From Candidatus Obscuribacteraceae bacterium (GTDB lineage: Bacteria > Cyanobacteriota > Vampirovibrionia > Obscuribacterales > Obscuribacteraceae), in NCBI GenBank assembly GCA_044229845.1, contig JBGASG010000002.1, forward strand, positions 480,001-544,000: a DNA stretch of 64,000 nucleotides, read 5' to 3'. Positions 50,088 through 60,483 of this stretch are shown piece by piece. Position numbers and translations under genes: made by a program. The notes below the pieces were generated by a model that was not told the DNA's origin, did not search any database, and saw only the letters and a list, made by a program, of their open reading frames with translations. Every line of letters starts with the position of its first letter. Position 1 is the first letter of the stretch.

Positions 50088-53000
50088 GTGACCGCAGATT
50101 ATATGGACAACGCGCCGAAACCCCAGGACGAAAGCACCCGCTCGGAAGAAGAGCGGAAGGCTGCTGCGGCCAACGATCCCAATGCCCCCGCTCCTGCTAA
50201 CGGTGGCGCCGCCGGCGCACCCAGTACCGAGGCATCACAAAGCGGCAGCTTCAAAGCTGTCTTCGGCAGTGGACAAGGGTCGAATCCCTGGTCGGCCTCA
50301 GGCGGACAAAATCCCTGGGACGACGGTCCCGGCGGACAGCAACCAGCTCAGAACCAGCCTTCGTCCGGGAACGCCGGACAGCCGGGCGACCCGCAAGCTG
50401 CTGCCGGTCAGGAAGGCGGACCCTGGGGCAACATTGGTTTGGCCGGACCACCTTCACAGCGCCTCGGGTCCATCAAAAATCCCGAGTCCCAGATAGATGC
50501 CGCCAGCAAAGTGCTGGACGCCTCCAGCGCCAACCAGTCTGAAGAGTCCCGCAAAGCCGCACAGGACATGCTACTGAACGATCCGTGGCTGAATCCGGCG
50601 GCAGGTTGGGTGCAAATGGTTTTGCCTTCCAAAGAAGGTGAGGCTGCCCCAGCCGAAGGCGCCCCCACAGGAGGTCCGCAGTCGGCTCAAGATGGCGACT
50701 CGGCAGCCGATTTTCTCAGTGCCTGGGGCGAGGCTGATGCTCCCAGCCTGCCAAAAGGGCCCTCAGCTTTGAAAGGACTGGGCGTCAGTCTCAATCCTTC
50801 GAAATCCGGCAATGTTATTCCTGAACCGCTGCCCCGTCTGGCGGCGCCTCAAGAACCGGAGCCCGAAGCTGAAGATGACGCGCTGGGACTTGATCCTCAC
50901 GATCGTCTTTTCCCGGTCGGTCAGGGCGGGCGCAATGAACCTTCCGAGGCCTATCAAAAGCTGTTCGACACAGGGTCGCACCCCATAATTCAGCTCGAAG
51001 ACCGGATGACTGCCCCGGAAGGAATGGGCATTCAGGATCCGGCTCTCAGAGAAAAGCCCACCGGCCCGCAACCACCGCCGCCACCCGAGCCGACACGGCA
51101 GCCCACACCCGCGCCATCAGCGCCTGAAGTTGCGCCCCAGCCCGCACCGGCCGGACCGCCGCCGCTACCGAATTCCGCTCCGGCAGCCGCAGCGCCGCCC
51201 ATGCCGTCGGCGGCGCCAGAACCAGCCTCGCCGCCGCCCCTGCCGCCCGCTCCGGATGCGGCGGCACCACCACCGGTTGCCCCCGCAGCGGTGCCGCCGA
51301 ACGCCGCACCGCACATGCAGCCGATGCCGCCCGCCCACACCGCGGGCGCCCAGGAACCGCCAAAACCAGCCCAACCAGGCTGGATGAAAGAATCAGGCGG
51401 ACTGACCTCGACGCAAACGGGATTGCCGGCTCTGCATCCACCTCAACAACAGCTGCCCAGCTGGCTCGCCGGCTCGCAGCAACAACAATCTCAACAGCAA
51501 CAACAACAGGCGCAACAACTGCCGCAGCAGTCGGCACCACAACCCGCGCAGCCCCCACAGGCGCCGCCGGCGGCTGCACCAGAACCCGTACAGGCTGCCC
51601 CCGTGGCGGCCGCACCAGGCGAGGCACCGCGGCCGACGACCCCGCCGCCGCTACCTCCTCAGCATCAGCAAGCGTTTCCGCCGGAAGGACCACCGACCCA
51701 ACAAGGGCTACCGGCGCAACATCAGCATGTCCCTGGCTGGATGCTGGAGTCACCGGCACAGCGCGCGGCCAAAGAACTGCCGCCCGAAGCTCCCGCTCCG
51801 GCCGCTCCCATCGAAAAGCCGCAACAGCAATTACCATCCTGGTTGCAAAGCCAGTCGACCCAGACCAACTTACCAGCACAACCAGATCCGTTCCAGCAGC
51901 CACCAACGGCTATGCCCCAACCAGCGCCCGCCGAGCCACCGGCTGCCGTGCAGCAAACGCCACCGGCACCAGCTGCGCCACCAACACCGACGCCACCGCC
52001 GCCGGCGCCAGAACCAGTTGCCCCCGTGGCAGAAAGCACGCCACCGCCCTTGCCGCCAGCACCACCACCAGCGGCGCCACCGCCGCCGCCCATGGAACAG
52101 CCGTCCTTCGCCGAGCCGTTCGACCAGACAGTGCCGCCATTCCCCAACGGTCAGCCGCCACTGCAACCTATTTCTGAAACGCCAGCGGCGCCGCCGCCAC
52201 TGCCAGCCGCGCCGCCGCCTTTGCCGACTGCGGCGCCGAACTACACGCCGCAATCCACCCAGCAGGCACCGGTACAGCAGCCGCCTCAACAGTCGATGCC
52301 GCCCATGTCTTCACAGGGTGGATTCGTCAGCTATCAACAGAGTGCACCACCGCCGCAGGCACCACAATCACCACCACCGGCGCCACCACCTACCAGCGCA
52401 CCGCCACCGCTGCCGTCCACTCCTGCTGCCTCGCCTTACGACCCGATGCAGGCCCATGCCGAGTTGGACAGCTACGCTCAGGCAGCTCGCTTCCAGGCTG
52501 CGTCCGGCAGCGCGGCGCCGACGCCACCGCCGGCAGGACCGGCAGGCAGCGATCAGGTTTCGAGCGGACAGCAGGCAGTAGAAGGCACAGGCTCACACCA
52601 TTCGCTTTTGCCGCCCCACAAGCCGCACAGACAGCCGGACGATGACGGAGAGCTTTCCGCAGACGAACTGCGAGCTATGCGTCGGAAGAAAACAACCGAT
52701 GCGTTGCGCCGGGCAACTACCAGCGACGAGGCCGAGCCCGAGACGGAAGAAGAAGCCGAAACCAAAGCCACTATCGCCAAGATCGGCCCGGCAATGACCA
52801 TGAGCGGCATCGCCGTCGCCACCATTCTTCTACTGGGTGCTTTCGGCTTGCTGATCAACTACATGATGGGTCACGGCGAGGCGAACAACGCGCTCAAGGT
52901 CGCCCAATCCTTCTTGCGTCAGGGCAATCCCAAGGAGGCGCGCCGCACTCTCGAACCGCTGGTCAAGCAAGGCACCAAAGATGCCGGCGTTTATGCAGCT

Positions 53001-54293
53001 CTCGGCGAGTGCGCGTTGCAAATGAAGGACAATGCCGATGCCGTCAAAAATTACACGGAAGCCGTCAGCCTCGATCCGAAAGATCCCGCCTATCTGGTGG
53101 GGCGCGCCGGGGCATATCTGGAAGCCGGACGCGGTGATGATGCGCTTCGCGACGCCAATGCCGCACTGGCACTCAACCCCAATTATGCGGACGGACTGAA
53201 GGTACGGGCACTGGCCTTTGCTCGCACATTCGACTATCCAAAATCCCTGGATGACTCGGATGAATACCTGCGTCGCAATAGCAACCCACCCGCGGATGCG
53301 TACGCCACCAGAGCGCTTGCTCTCTTGCATATGAAACGCTACGCGGAAGCCGTAGACGATTATTCACGAGCCGCCCGCATGGATTCGACCAAGGGCGAGT
53401 ATGTGGCAGGCAAGGCGGAAGCCCTGAAGGACGCTGGCCAATACAGAGAAGCCATTGCCGCTGTGGAAAAAGCGCTGAACATGATGGGCAGACGTATAGA
53501 ACTGCTCCGTCTGCGCGGCGATTGCTACGTTCTCAACAATCAGCTCGATGATGCTATCAAAGACTACGAGGCCGTGGCCTCCATTAGCCCTGCCAAGGAA
53601 AACCTGGTGCGCACGGCGGATGTGGCCATGAAGGCCAACCAGTTCAACATGGCTAATTACTATTACACGAAGGCTCTGGAGATTGATCCGAAGGACACTC
53701 GTATCAAGACTCTCAAAGAACTGGCCAGCAAGAACGTCGCATCTAAGGCAGTCGTGATCAGCGTTCCCACCCAGCCGACATCCAGTTCAATTTCACCGGC
53801 AATTATTGCCAAGTCTTCCCCGAGTCAGCTGAACTCCATGGGCGTGCGCTACATGGGCAGCGGCTACTACCAGGAAGCCGCCTCTCTCTTCGCCGCCGCT
53901 CTGAAGCGCCAGCCGAAGAACATCGAAGCCCGGCGACAGCTGACCCAGTGCTACCTGCAACTCGGACAACGCAGCGAAGCGAAAGCTCAGATTCGCACCC
54001 TGGTATCTATGAAGGCTCTCAGTGCCTACGATGCGCAGTACTTCGCGCGTTCCTTGCTCGCCTTGAACGACGCGGCGGACGTGCCCGGATTCCTCTGGCC
54101 AGTGCTGCGGTCGCACAAGCGGGACTTCTCGCTGCGAGCCACCTTGATCCAGGCGCTCATGGCCTCCCGGCAGAACAGTCAGGCCATGCAGGTCGCGGCC
54201 GAAGGCGTGTCACTGGCTCAGCGAGAGCAAGACAAAGCGATGATGCAGGAATACCTCCGCACCGCCCAACAAGCTCCATACGGACGCCGCTAG
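50088..54293 (+). CDS. Large single-pass protein: ~850-aa Pro/Gln-rich disordered region, TM, TPR array
   Basis: Uninterrupted 1401-aa ORF; TM/TPR part paralogous to 48633..49910. Confidence 0.85.
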   Translation: MTADYMDNAPKPQDESTRSEEERKAAAANDPNAPAPANGGAAGAPSTEASQSGSFKAVFGSGQGSNPWSASGGQNPWDDGPGGQQPAQNQPSSGNAGQPGDPQAAAGQEGGPWGNIGLAGPPSQRLGSIKNPESQIDAASKVLDASSANQSEESRKAAQDMLLNDPWLNPAAGWVQMVLPSKEGEAAPAEGAPTGGPQSAQDGDSAADFLSAWGEADAPSLPKGPSALKGLGVSLNPSKSGNVIPEPLPRLAAPQEPEPEAEDDALGLDPHDRLFPVGQGGRNEPSEAYQKLFDTGSHPIIQLEDRMTAPEGMGIQDPALREKPTGPQPPPPPEPTRQPTPAPSAPEVAPQPAPAGPPPLPNSAPAAAAPPMPSAAPEPASPPPLPPAPDAAAPPPVAPAAVPPNAAPHMQPMPPAHTAGAQEPPKPAQPGWMKESGGLTSTQTGLPALHPPQQQLPSWLAGSQQQQSQQQQQQAQQLPQQSAPQPAQPPQAPPAAAPEPVQAAPVAAAPGEAPRPTTPPPLPPQHQQAFPPEGPPTQQGLPAQHQHVPGWMLESPAQRAAKELPPEAPAPAAPIEKPQQQLPSWLQSQSTQTNLPAQPDPFQQPPTAMPQPAPAEPPAAVQQTPPAPAAPPTPTPPPPAPEPVAPVAESTPPPLPPAPPPAAPPPPPMEQPSFAEPFDQTVPPFPNGQPPLQPISETPAAPPPLPAAPPPLPTAAPNYTPQSTQQAPVQQPPQQSMPPMSSQGGFVSYQQSAPPPQAPQSPPPAPPPTSAPPPLPSTPAASPYDPMQAHAELDSYAQAARFQAASGSAAPTPPPAGPAGSDQVSSGQQAVEGTGSHHSLLPPHKPHRQPDDDGELSADELRAMRRKKTTDALRRATTSDEAEPETEEEAETKATIAKIGPAMTMSGIAVATILLLGAFGLLINYMMGHGEANNALKVAQSFLRQGNPKEARRTLEPLVKQGTKDAGVYAALGECALQMKDNADAVKNYTEAVSLDPKDPAYLVGRAGAYLEAGRGDDALRDANAALALNPNYADGLKVRALAFARTFDYPKSLDDSDEYLRRNSNPPADAYATRALALLHMKRYAEAVDDYSRAARMDSTKGEYVAGKAEALKDAGQYREAIAAVEKALNMMGRRIELLRLRGDCYVLNNQLDDAIKDYEAVASISPAKENLVRTADVAMKANQFNMANYYYTKALEIDPKDTRIKTLKELASKNVASKAVVISVPTQPTSSSISPAIIAKSSPSQLNSMGVRYMGSGYYQEAASLFAAALKRQPKNIEARRQLTQCYLQLGQRSEAKAQIRTLVSMKALSAYDAQYFARSLLALNDAADVPGFLWPVLRSHKRDFSLRATLIQALMASRQNSQAMQVAAEGVSLAQREQDKAMMQEYLRTAQQAPYGRR

Positions 54294-54328
54294 CCGCCCA
54301 GTCCGGCCACTGGATTTTATCTGCGGTG

Positions 54329-55420
54329 TCAGTGCGGTGCCAGCACTACGGCCGCGATGGCGGCGATCAGCAAAATCAAACAAAGCGCGCCGGCAATCAT
54401 GACAGGCAAGGAGATACTCTTGCCTTTGTCGTCATCCGCTGCTGCAACCTTCTGGTTAGACTTCTCTTCCACCGAGAAGTAGTGCGCGCCGCTACGCGAC
54501 ATCTCTTCCCGCTCAATGGCTTCCATCTCTTCCAGACTGAGGCGCTTCGCCGGACGGGCGCTGCTGCTCTCCGGTCCGAGATTGGACAACTCCGGAATGA
54601 ATTCATCGTACTTGGGGACCGACTTCACTTGATCTCGAGGATGGGTGACGCCACCACCCCTGGTGACAGGTCGATCGTCGGTCATAGCAGTATTCTCTTT
54701 GAGAAACGCTTCGCGCGCGTCCTGATCGGAAAGCTGCGCATAAACATCCTGCAGCATCTGGCGTTGCTGCGCAGTCAGGGCTGCGTTGCTCGGTCCCAGC
54801 AGTTCTTGCTGAAAGTCTATGAAAGCTTGCATGCTGGCCTGGTCGCCACCGTAAGTTGCCCTGGTCAGCTCGGTCCGCTGTTGCTCGTTCAGTCCTTTTC
54901 CGTCCATCATGTCGGAAAACTCGTTGTTGCTCTGCAAGAATGCGCGGCGGTCCGCTTCGTTGTTCAGGCGCGCGTACAGCCCAAGCAGCTTCTGCTGTTC
55001 TTCATTGAGCGAAGATTTAGTTGGTCCGCTTTTGTCGAAGTTGGGATCGGACTCCTGAAAGACCTTGGATTCTTCCTCTTGAAGAAACAAAGATTCTTCC
55101 TTTGCACGCTCAAGCTCGTAGACGTACGAGCCGGTGTCCACGCTGAGACTCTGCCGCAAGTCCGATGGCACATCGGTCTCGATAAACTGGAAAACGGCGA
55201 CCCCCGATTCCATAAATTCGTGCAACGCACCATCCCCGGTATTACCGGTGTAGGTGTTGATGGCTCCCAGTATCTCGCCGTTGTCTATGGCGAGACGACC
55301 GTTGACCGAACTGGAAATGACACGCAGAATGCCGCTCGCTTTGGCACCGAATATGATGCTCAGCGCCTCACTCAGGTGTGATTTCTCTGCTACGGCCGTG
55401 GCCAAGTCCATTATTTTCAA
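54329..55420 (-). CDS. DUF4388 (PatA-N-like) domain protein with C-terminal TM
   Basis: 'ASGILRV....NGRLAIDNGEILGA...GDGALHEF'; start overlaps kinase stop. Confidence 0.65.
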   Translation of the reverse strand: MKIMDLATAVAEKSHLSEALSIIFGAKASGILRVISSSVNGRLAIDNGEILGAINTYTGNTGDGALHEFMESGVAVFQFIETDVPSDLRQSLSVDTGSYVYELERAKEESLFLQEEESKVFQESDPNFDKSGPTKSSLNEEQQKLLGLYARLNNEADRRAFLQSNNEFSDMMDGKGLNEQQRTELTRATYGGDQASMQAFIDFQQELLGPSNAALTAQQRQMLQDVYAQLSDQDAREAFLKENTAMTDDRPVTRGGGVTHPRDQVKSVPKYDEFIPELSNLGPESSSARPAKRLSLEEMEAIEREEMSRSGAHYFSVEEKSNQKVAAADDDKGKSISLPVMIAGALCLILLIAAIAAVVLAPH

Positions 55421-56505
55421 GTACCATCTAGTTGCGCAAAGTAAGTCAGGTCTGCCTGCATCTCTGCTGCTGATTGATAGCGGTCTTCAGGCTTTTTGGC
55501 AAGTGCTTTCCCGACAATTACGTCGATCACCTCGGAATGTTCAAAGCTGGCTAATTGCGATGGAGGTGTGTGAGGCACCTGAACGTGCATTGCCATCAAG
55601 TTTCGTACACCATTCGCCTTGAACGGCTGGCGTCCGACAATCATCTCGTAGAATATACAGCCAAGAGCATAGAGATCGGAACGCTCGTCAACAGAATATC
55701 CACGAATTTGTTCCGGTGACATATATCCGAGGCTGCCAATGGCCACGCCGGAACGCTCGCTCTTCTCCCACTGCAAAGCCGCGATACCGAAGTCGAGAAT
55801 CTTGGCGACCAAAGAGTCGCTCTCGATGACAAGCATCACGTTTTCCGGCTTCATGTCGCGATGGATGACGCCCTGCCTGTGACACGAATGCAGACCGGCG
55901 CAGACTTGAGCCAACAAATCGGCTGCTTCGTAAGGCGGAATGGTGCCGGCTTTCTGCATGACGCGCCGCAGCGTATCGCCTTCCACGTACTCCATGACCA
56001 GGTAAGGCTTCAAACTTCCCAGCATGATGCCCCAGTCGAGCACGCTGACGACATTGGTGTGATGCAGGTTGATCTGGACTTTGCATTCCTGAACAAAGCG
56101 ATTGAAGGACGGATCATCGGGATCTGAGTCCTTGAGCATCAACTTCAACGCCACTGGAATGTTGCGCACCAGGTGACGAGCGCGAAAGACCTGTCCCATG
56201 CCGCCTTTTTCGAGGGCTGCCTCAATCTGATAAATTTCGTTGATGACGTGTCCCTGCAATTCATGCGGGACCTGAGCTTCTTTATCTTTCTTCTTGCTGG
56301 GCGTCTGCGGCTCGTTGCCAGTGGTCGGTGACGGCGTCTGTTGCTGCAGATTCTCGCCCGTCGGATTGAGCGACATGGGTTCAGCGCCGGTGCCGCCAAA
56401 GCCCGACGCCTGCACGAACTTCATCATCGGAGGAGGCGTCTTTTCAGTGTTGGCGGGCTTGCGCTCGTCCTTGCGCGGCTGTTTATTGAACCGATTTTGC
56501 AGCAT
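55417..56505 (-). CDS. Hanks-type Ser/Thr protein kinase
   Basis: 'GGMGQVF', 'VALK', 'HRDMKPEN', 'DFG', 'YMSPEQ', 'SDLYALG'. Confidence 0.95.
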   Translation of the reverse strand: MLQNRFNKQPRKDERKPANTEKTPPPMMKFVQASGFGGTGAEPMSLNPTGENLQQQTPSPTTGNEPQTPSKKKDKEAQVPHELQGHVINEIYQIEAALEKGGMGQVFRARHLVRNIPVALKLMLKDSDPDDPSFNRFVQECKVQINLHHTNVVSVLDWGIMLGSLKPYLVMEYVEGDTLRRVMQKAGTIPPYEAADLLAQVCAGLHSCHRQGVIHRDMKPENVMLVIESDSLVAKILDFGIAALQWEKSERSGVAIGSLGYMSPEQIRGYSVDERSDLYALGCIFYEMIVGRQPFKANGVRNLMAMHVQVPHTPPSQLASFEHSEVIDVIVGKALAKKPEDRYQSAAEMQADLTYFAQLDGT

Positions 56506-56598
56506 GGTAGCTATTCAGAGAAGAATTTCGCCATATCTGCTTTTTGCCCGGATTCAGCGCACCTATATCATTACAGACGAAATGTGTAGATCAGTAAT

Positions 56599-57657
56599 CT
56601 AGATGGGGGGCGGCGGCTCGGGCCGAGAATCAGCCGTCTGGCGCCCGTCTGCAGGCTCGTTATTGGCGGGAAGCGGTCCGGGCAGAGGTCCGTGCAGCGC
56701 CTGTTCGTTAACCTGCAGCCCTGAATCCGGCTCCAGCGGCGACGAGTGCCGGGTGCGAATGGCTGGAATGCTCTCGGTCTGGAAGTTTTGCGGTTCAGAC
56801 ACATCCAGCGAGCCGGGACCATCAGCCTCGAAGCCGTCCAGACGATCTTTTATCGGCTGCTTAGCTATCTTGAGAGGCACGCTGTTATCCAGACTGAGGT
56901 CGATATATTCCAGCCTGTCACGATAATCCACCAAGACCGGCATCACCGACGCCAGGCGTCCCAGCCGGCGAGTCAGTCCCGAGTCGGCGGGACCGACCTT
57001 CAAATGCAAATCGCCCGTCTCAATACTGATATCAGTTGGTTTCTGCATGTCGACAGCCGTCACGGCGGCACCGGTCTGAGCCGAAACCAGGGAGAGCCAG
57101 TCAGCCCACTTCGCCACATCAGACTCTTTAAACTGAGCGGCGCCAGTTCCGTAAAACTTCAGAGGCGGCTGGATTACAGCCGGAAAGTCTTTGATGGGGA
57201 TGATCCTGCCGCTCTGAGCAATCACCGCATATGGTGGCACATCCGGAGCCGTGCAGAGGGTGGCCCAGGGAAATTCTTCCAGGACCTCCACGACCAGATG
57301 CGGATGCGGCAACAGACAACGACGCACAAACGCGTACTTCACAGCCGGCAGTTTATTGACCTGCGCTTCCAGTTTTTGCGGGTCGAGACTGAATAGCGGC
57401 TTGCCGGTGTAGGCTCTCAGAGCTGCTCTCACCTGCTCGGTGGAGGCTACCTTGTTGTTGCGCACTTCAATCGCTTCCGGATTGTTGTTGGGCAGCCACC
57501 AGTCGACACGCGTGAAGCCGGCCACGCCTAAAGTAACCAGACCAGCCAGCAGCACATATCGGATCAACTGTCTTCTGATACGTGCCAAGCGAGCCACCTT
57601 GCGCTTTTTGCGGCGCCCGCGGATCCACTCTTGGCGATCGGAAAGACGTTCGGTCAT
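56599..57657 (-). CDS. ftsQ: Cell division protein FtsQ/DivIB
   Basis: Basic N-tail, TM, POTRA-like 'LFSLDP..LE..V.KLPAV..A.VRR...P.L.VEV.EE', C-terminal 'YIDL'. Confidence 0.8.
   Translation of the reverse strand: MTERLSDRQEWIRGRRKKRKVARLARIRRQLIRYVLLAGLVTLGVAGFTRVDWWLPNNNPEAIEVRNNKVASTEQVRAALRAYTGKPLFSLDPQKLEAQVNKLPAVKYAFVRRCLLPHPHLVVEVLEEFPWATLCTAPDVPPYAVIAQSGRIIPIKDFPAVIQPPLKFYGTGAAQFKESDVAKWADWLSLVSAQTGAAVTAVDMQKPTDISIETGDLHLKVGPADSGLTRRLGRLASVMPVLVDYRDRLEYIDLSLDNSVPLKIAKQPIKDRLDGFEADGPGSLDVSEPQNFQTESIPAIRTRHSSPLEPDSGLQVNEQALHGPLPGPLPANNEPADGRQTADSRPEPPPPI
57223..57236. repeat. Dispersed 14-bp quasi-palindrome copy
   Basis: CACCGCATATGGTG, inside ftsQ. Confidence 0.8.
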
Positions 57658-58631
57658 GCAGACAGTTTACTCAAAACCCAGCGTAAATCTACGTTTCCTT
57701 CAAAGACAAATTTTGCCGGACCGCTGATGTGCACATGGTCATCTTTTTGCAACCATTCGATATGCAATGGACCCCCGGGAAGATCCACTGCCACAGTGCG
57801 CTCCAACCGACCTTCCAGATTGCCTGCCACCACGGTCGCCGCCGCCCCGGTAGCACAGGCAAGGGTGCGTCCGGCTCCACGTTCCCAGACCTGCACCTGC
57901 ACGTGCGCCGGCGAAGCGATATCAACGAACTCCACATTCACACCCTCAGGAAACATCGGGTGCAACTGCAGCTGTTGCGCGCAGGAGGCCATCTGCGTTT
58001 CGTTTTGCAGACCGTGATCGAACAGCACGCAATGCGGGTTTCCCATGCTGACGCAAGTGGCGGTCACCGAGTGTTGATCGTCGATTGCAATTGGAACGCG
58101 CACGACACTTTCACGCCGAGCCCCGGTCACGGGGATCAAATCGCTAGTCAGAATCGGACTGCCCAGGTCGGTTTTGATTTCGTCTGCATTCTGGAAATTT
58201 ACCGGGACCGCACCAACTTCGGTGTCGACCAGAAAGTCGCCCATTTCGATCATTCCGCGCCGATGAGCCCAGAGAGCCAGGCAGCGAATACCATTGCCGC
58301 ACATTGCTGACCCGGAACCGTCGCTGTTCGTGTAGCTCCACCGACAAAGGCAGCTGGAGTTCTGACTTTGAGAGACCAGAATCAGTCCATCACCACCAAT
58401 GCCAAAACGCCGATCGCAGAGCACTTTCGCCACTTGCGCCTTGACGTTGTGCCAGTCGGCGAGCAGGTTTTTTCCTTCCTGCGTCGCTTGCAAATCTCCT
58501 TCAGAGAGAAACACGAAATCGTTGCCCAAACCCTGCAGCTTGGAGAAGGGCAGCAACAGCGGCTGCGCACCGGATGTGTTGTCGCTATTGATGTAAGTCA
58601 CCGGTTGTTTTGCAACAGGCATGCCGTCCAC
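57654..58631 (-). CDS. dapF: Diaminopimelate epimerase
   Basis: 'KLQGLGNDF', 'NSDGS..AMCGNGIRC', 'SMGNPH', 'WERGAGRTLACATG'. Confidence 0.96.
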   Translation of the reverse strand: MDGMPVAKQPVTYINSDNTSGAQPLLLPFSKLQGLGNDFVFLSEGDLQATQEGKNLLADWHNVKAQVAKVLCDRRFGIGGDGLILVSQSQNSSCLCRWSYTNSDGSGSAMCGNGIRCLALWAHRRGMIEMGDFLVDTEVGAVPVNFQNADEIKTDLGSPILTSDLIPVTGARRESVVRVPIAIDDQHSVTATCVSMGNPHCVLFDHGLQNETQMASCAQQLQLHPMFPEGVNVEFVDIASPAHVQVQVWERGAGRTLACATGAAATVVAGNLEGRLERTVAVDLPGGPLHIEWLQKDDHVHISGPAKFVFEGNVDLRWVLSKLSA

Positions 58632-58765
58632 TCTGCTCGTCTGCTCACGACCTGCGGCGCGCGATCAATTGCCATGCCGGAAAGCGGCTGACAATACATT
58701 ATATCCAAACAATCTTGACAAGAACCTTGGCAAAAGATCATGTAGGAGACCAGGACGATTTTCGC

Positions 58766-58779
58766 CACCAGATATGGTG
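58766..58779. repeat. Dispersed 14-bp quasi-palindrome copy
   Basis: CACCAGATATGGTG, intergenic; 20-bp identity (58762-58781) with 13342-13361. Confidence 0.8.
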
Positions 58780-58851
58780 TGTATCGGTATTGCATATGCC
58801 ACTACATACGGTTTATATTAGTAGCTCCGGGCGGGCGGCAGGAAATTTACT

Positions 58852-59718
58852 ATGCGCATCTATATATCTGTAGACCTGGAGGGTATCAACGGAGTCGTGC
58901 ACTCCAGCCAGACCCAGCCAGAAGGTCCAGGCTATGCCAGGGCTGTCCAGCTCATGCATGACGAACTAAATGCCGTAATTGAAGGCGCTCGGGAAGGCGG
59001 CGCCACAGACATTTGCGTCAACGACGCCCACTGGGACATGCGCAACCTGCGCCCGGAAGACCTGCCGGACGGCGTCACCTTAATTACGGGCTGGCAGAAA
59101 CCTTTCTCTATGGTAGGCGGGCTGCCCGCTGGCGCCGCAGGACACGCACAGCTGGTGGACGGCAAGTTCGACTGCGCCATGTTTGTCGGATACCACGCGC
59201 GTCAGGGACACGCCTATGGTGTGTTGAGCCACACGTACAGAGCAACGATCTTCTATGAGGTGCGGCTGAACGGTAAACCGGCCGGCGAAACTGCGCTCAA
59301 CGCCGCTCTGGCTGGGCACTTCGGTGTGCCGATTGCGCTGGTTACCGGTGACGACGCGCTCTGCCAGGAGGCGACAGAACTACTGGGCGATATCCCGGCT
59401 GTGATGGTCAAGAAAGCGATTTCCAGATACTCGGCCGCGCATCTGCCTCGCGCAAAAATTCTTGACAACTTGAAACGCACAGCCTGCGAAACTATGAAAA
59501 ACAAAAGTCGCTGGAAGCTCTACCAGTGCCCGACTCCGTGCCGGATCGCCATTACCTTCTTCGACCCCTCAATGGCTGACGGGGCGGAGCTTTTGCCCGA
59601 GGTGAAACGCGTCGACGCCCGTACAGTCGAGTTTGGCGGCGATGATTACAGTGTAATTTTTCGTCTCATGCTGGCTGTCGGCGCTCTCGGAGCGACACGC
59701 AAAGACCCACATTTCTGA
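58852..59718 (+). CDS. dppA: D-aminopeptidase (peptidase M55)
   Basis: 'YISVDLEG', 'VNDAH..MRN', 'GYHAR', 'LSHT', 'GETALNA', 'TGDD'. Confidence 0.92.
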   Translation: MRIYISVDLEGINGVVHSSQTQPEGPGYARAVQLMHDELNAVIEGAREGGATDICVNDAHWDMRNLRPEDLPDGVTLITGWQKPFSMVGGLPAGAAGHAQLVDGKFDCAMFVGYHARQGHAYGVLSHTYRATIFYEVRLNGKPAGETALNAALAGHFGVPIALVTGDDALCQEATELLGDIPAVMVKKAISRYSAAHLPRAKILDNLKRTACETMKNKSRWKLYQCPTPCRIAITFFDPSMADGAELLPEVKRVDARTVEFGGDDYSVIFRLMLAVGALGATRKDPHF

Positions 59719-59886
59719 TTAAATTTGAAATAGCTGCCTCTTGACGTGATGTTTAGGGAGCAGTCCCGGGTATTTAAAAAGTGTCGACCAGAGCAATCGC
59801 GCACGGCTTACCAGAGCCGCTGCGACTGCTGTTGTGCGGCCGCATATTTTTGTCTCTCCTTGCTTCACCAACGGACTAGAAACGAG

Positions 59887-60387
59887 ATGTTCCAACCTTC
59901 CTCGCAGCACCTTTCCCTCAGACAGCAAGTCATCGCGCTCAGCCAGGCTTATCCTTGCCCGCGCTGCACGCCCGGCACGCTCGAGCCGTTCGGGCTCACG
60001 GAAACCCTCATGTGCTCCAGCTGTCGTCGCGGATTCGTACCGCTGCGCGGCGGCCGTTTTCTTTATCCGGCTCAGCATCTCGGATGGAAAATAGCGCCGA
60101 CCTTCTGGTGGGACGGATTCCGTTGGCACTGGGGCGGCACCACTGCCACCACCCGCCAACTGTGCACCATAGTGCTGATGAGTTTACTTCCTGTCATAGG
60201 AATGATGGTGGCATCCACACTGGCGAAAGGCTGGTGGCTAGCCACTCTCCCGCGTTGGTGTGATCCGGCATTGCTGGCTCCGATCGTCGGACTGATTACT
60301 ATGCAATTGATATATTTGCTATGCTGGGATTTCGATCTCTTCTCGCGCCGCCCCCGTTGCTCCAGACGGACCACAGCAGTCGAGTAG
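59887..60387 (+). CDS. Zn-ribbon membrane protein of a cyanobacteria-type conserved family
   Basis: 'YPCPRC..G.L....LTE...CSSC...F', 'WWDG.RW', two TMs. Confidence 0.6.
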   Translation: MFQPSSQHLSLRQQVIALSQAYPCPRCTPGTLEPFGLTETLMCSSCRRGFVPLRGGRFLYPAQHLGWKIAPTFWWDGFRWHWGGTTATTRQLCTIVLMSLLPVIGMMVASTLAKGWWLATLPRWCDPALLAPIVGLITMQLIYLLCWDFDLFSRRPRCSRRTTAVE

Positions 60388-60483
60388 AAATTTCGCGTCA
60401 GCTTTTCTCGCCGTAACCAAGTCGCAATCGCATACGGCGCGGTTAGTTGTCGCACCAGTAATCCCGCCACCAGAGACTCATGC

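Noticed and set aside
53948..55381. Long antisense ORFs (477 aa here; also 13074..14228, 26891..28054, 34413..35594, 7025..8047)
   Set aside because: Shadow frames of better-supported genes in GC-rich DNA, with no recognisable motifs.
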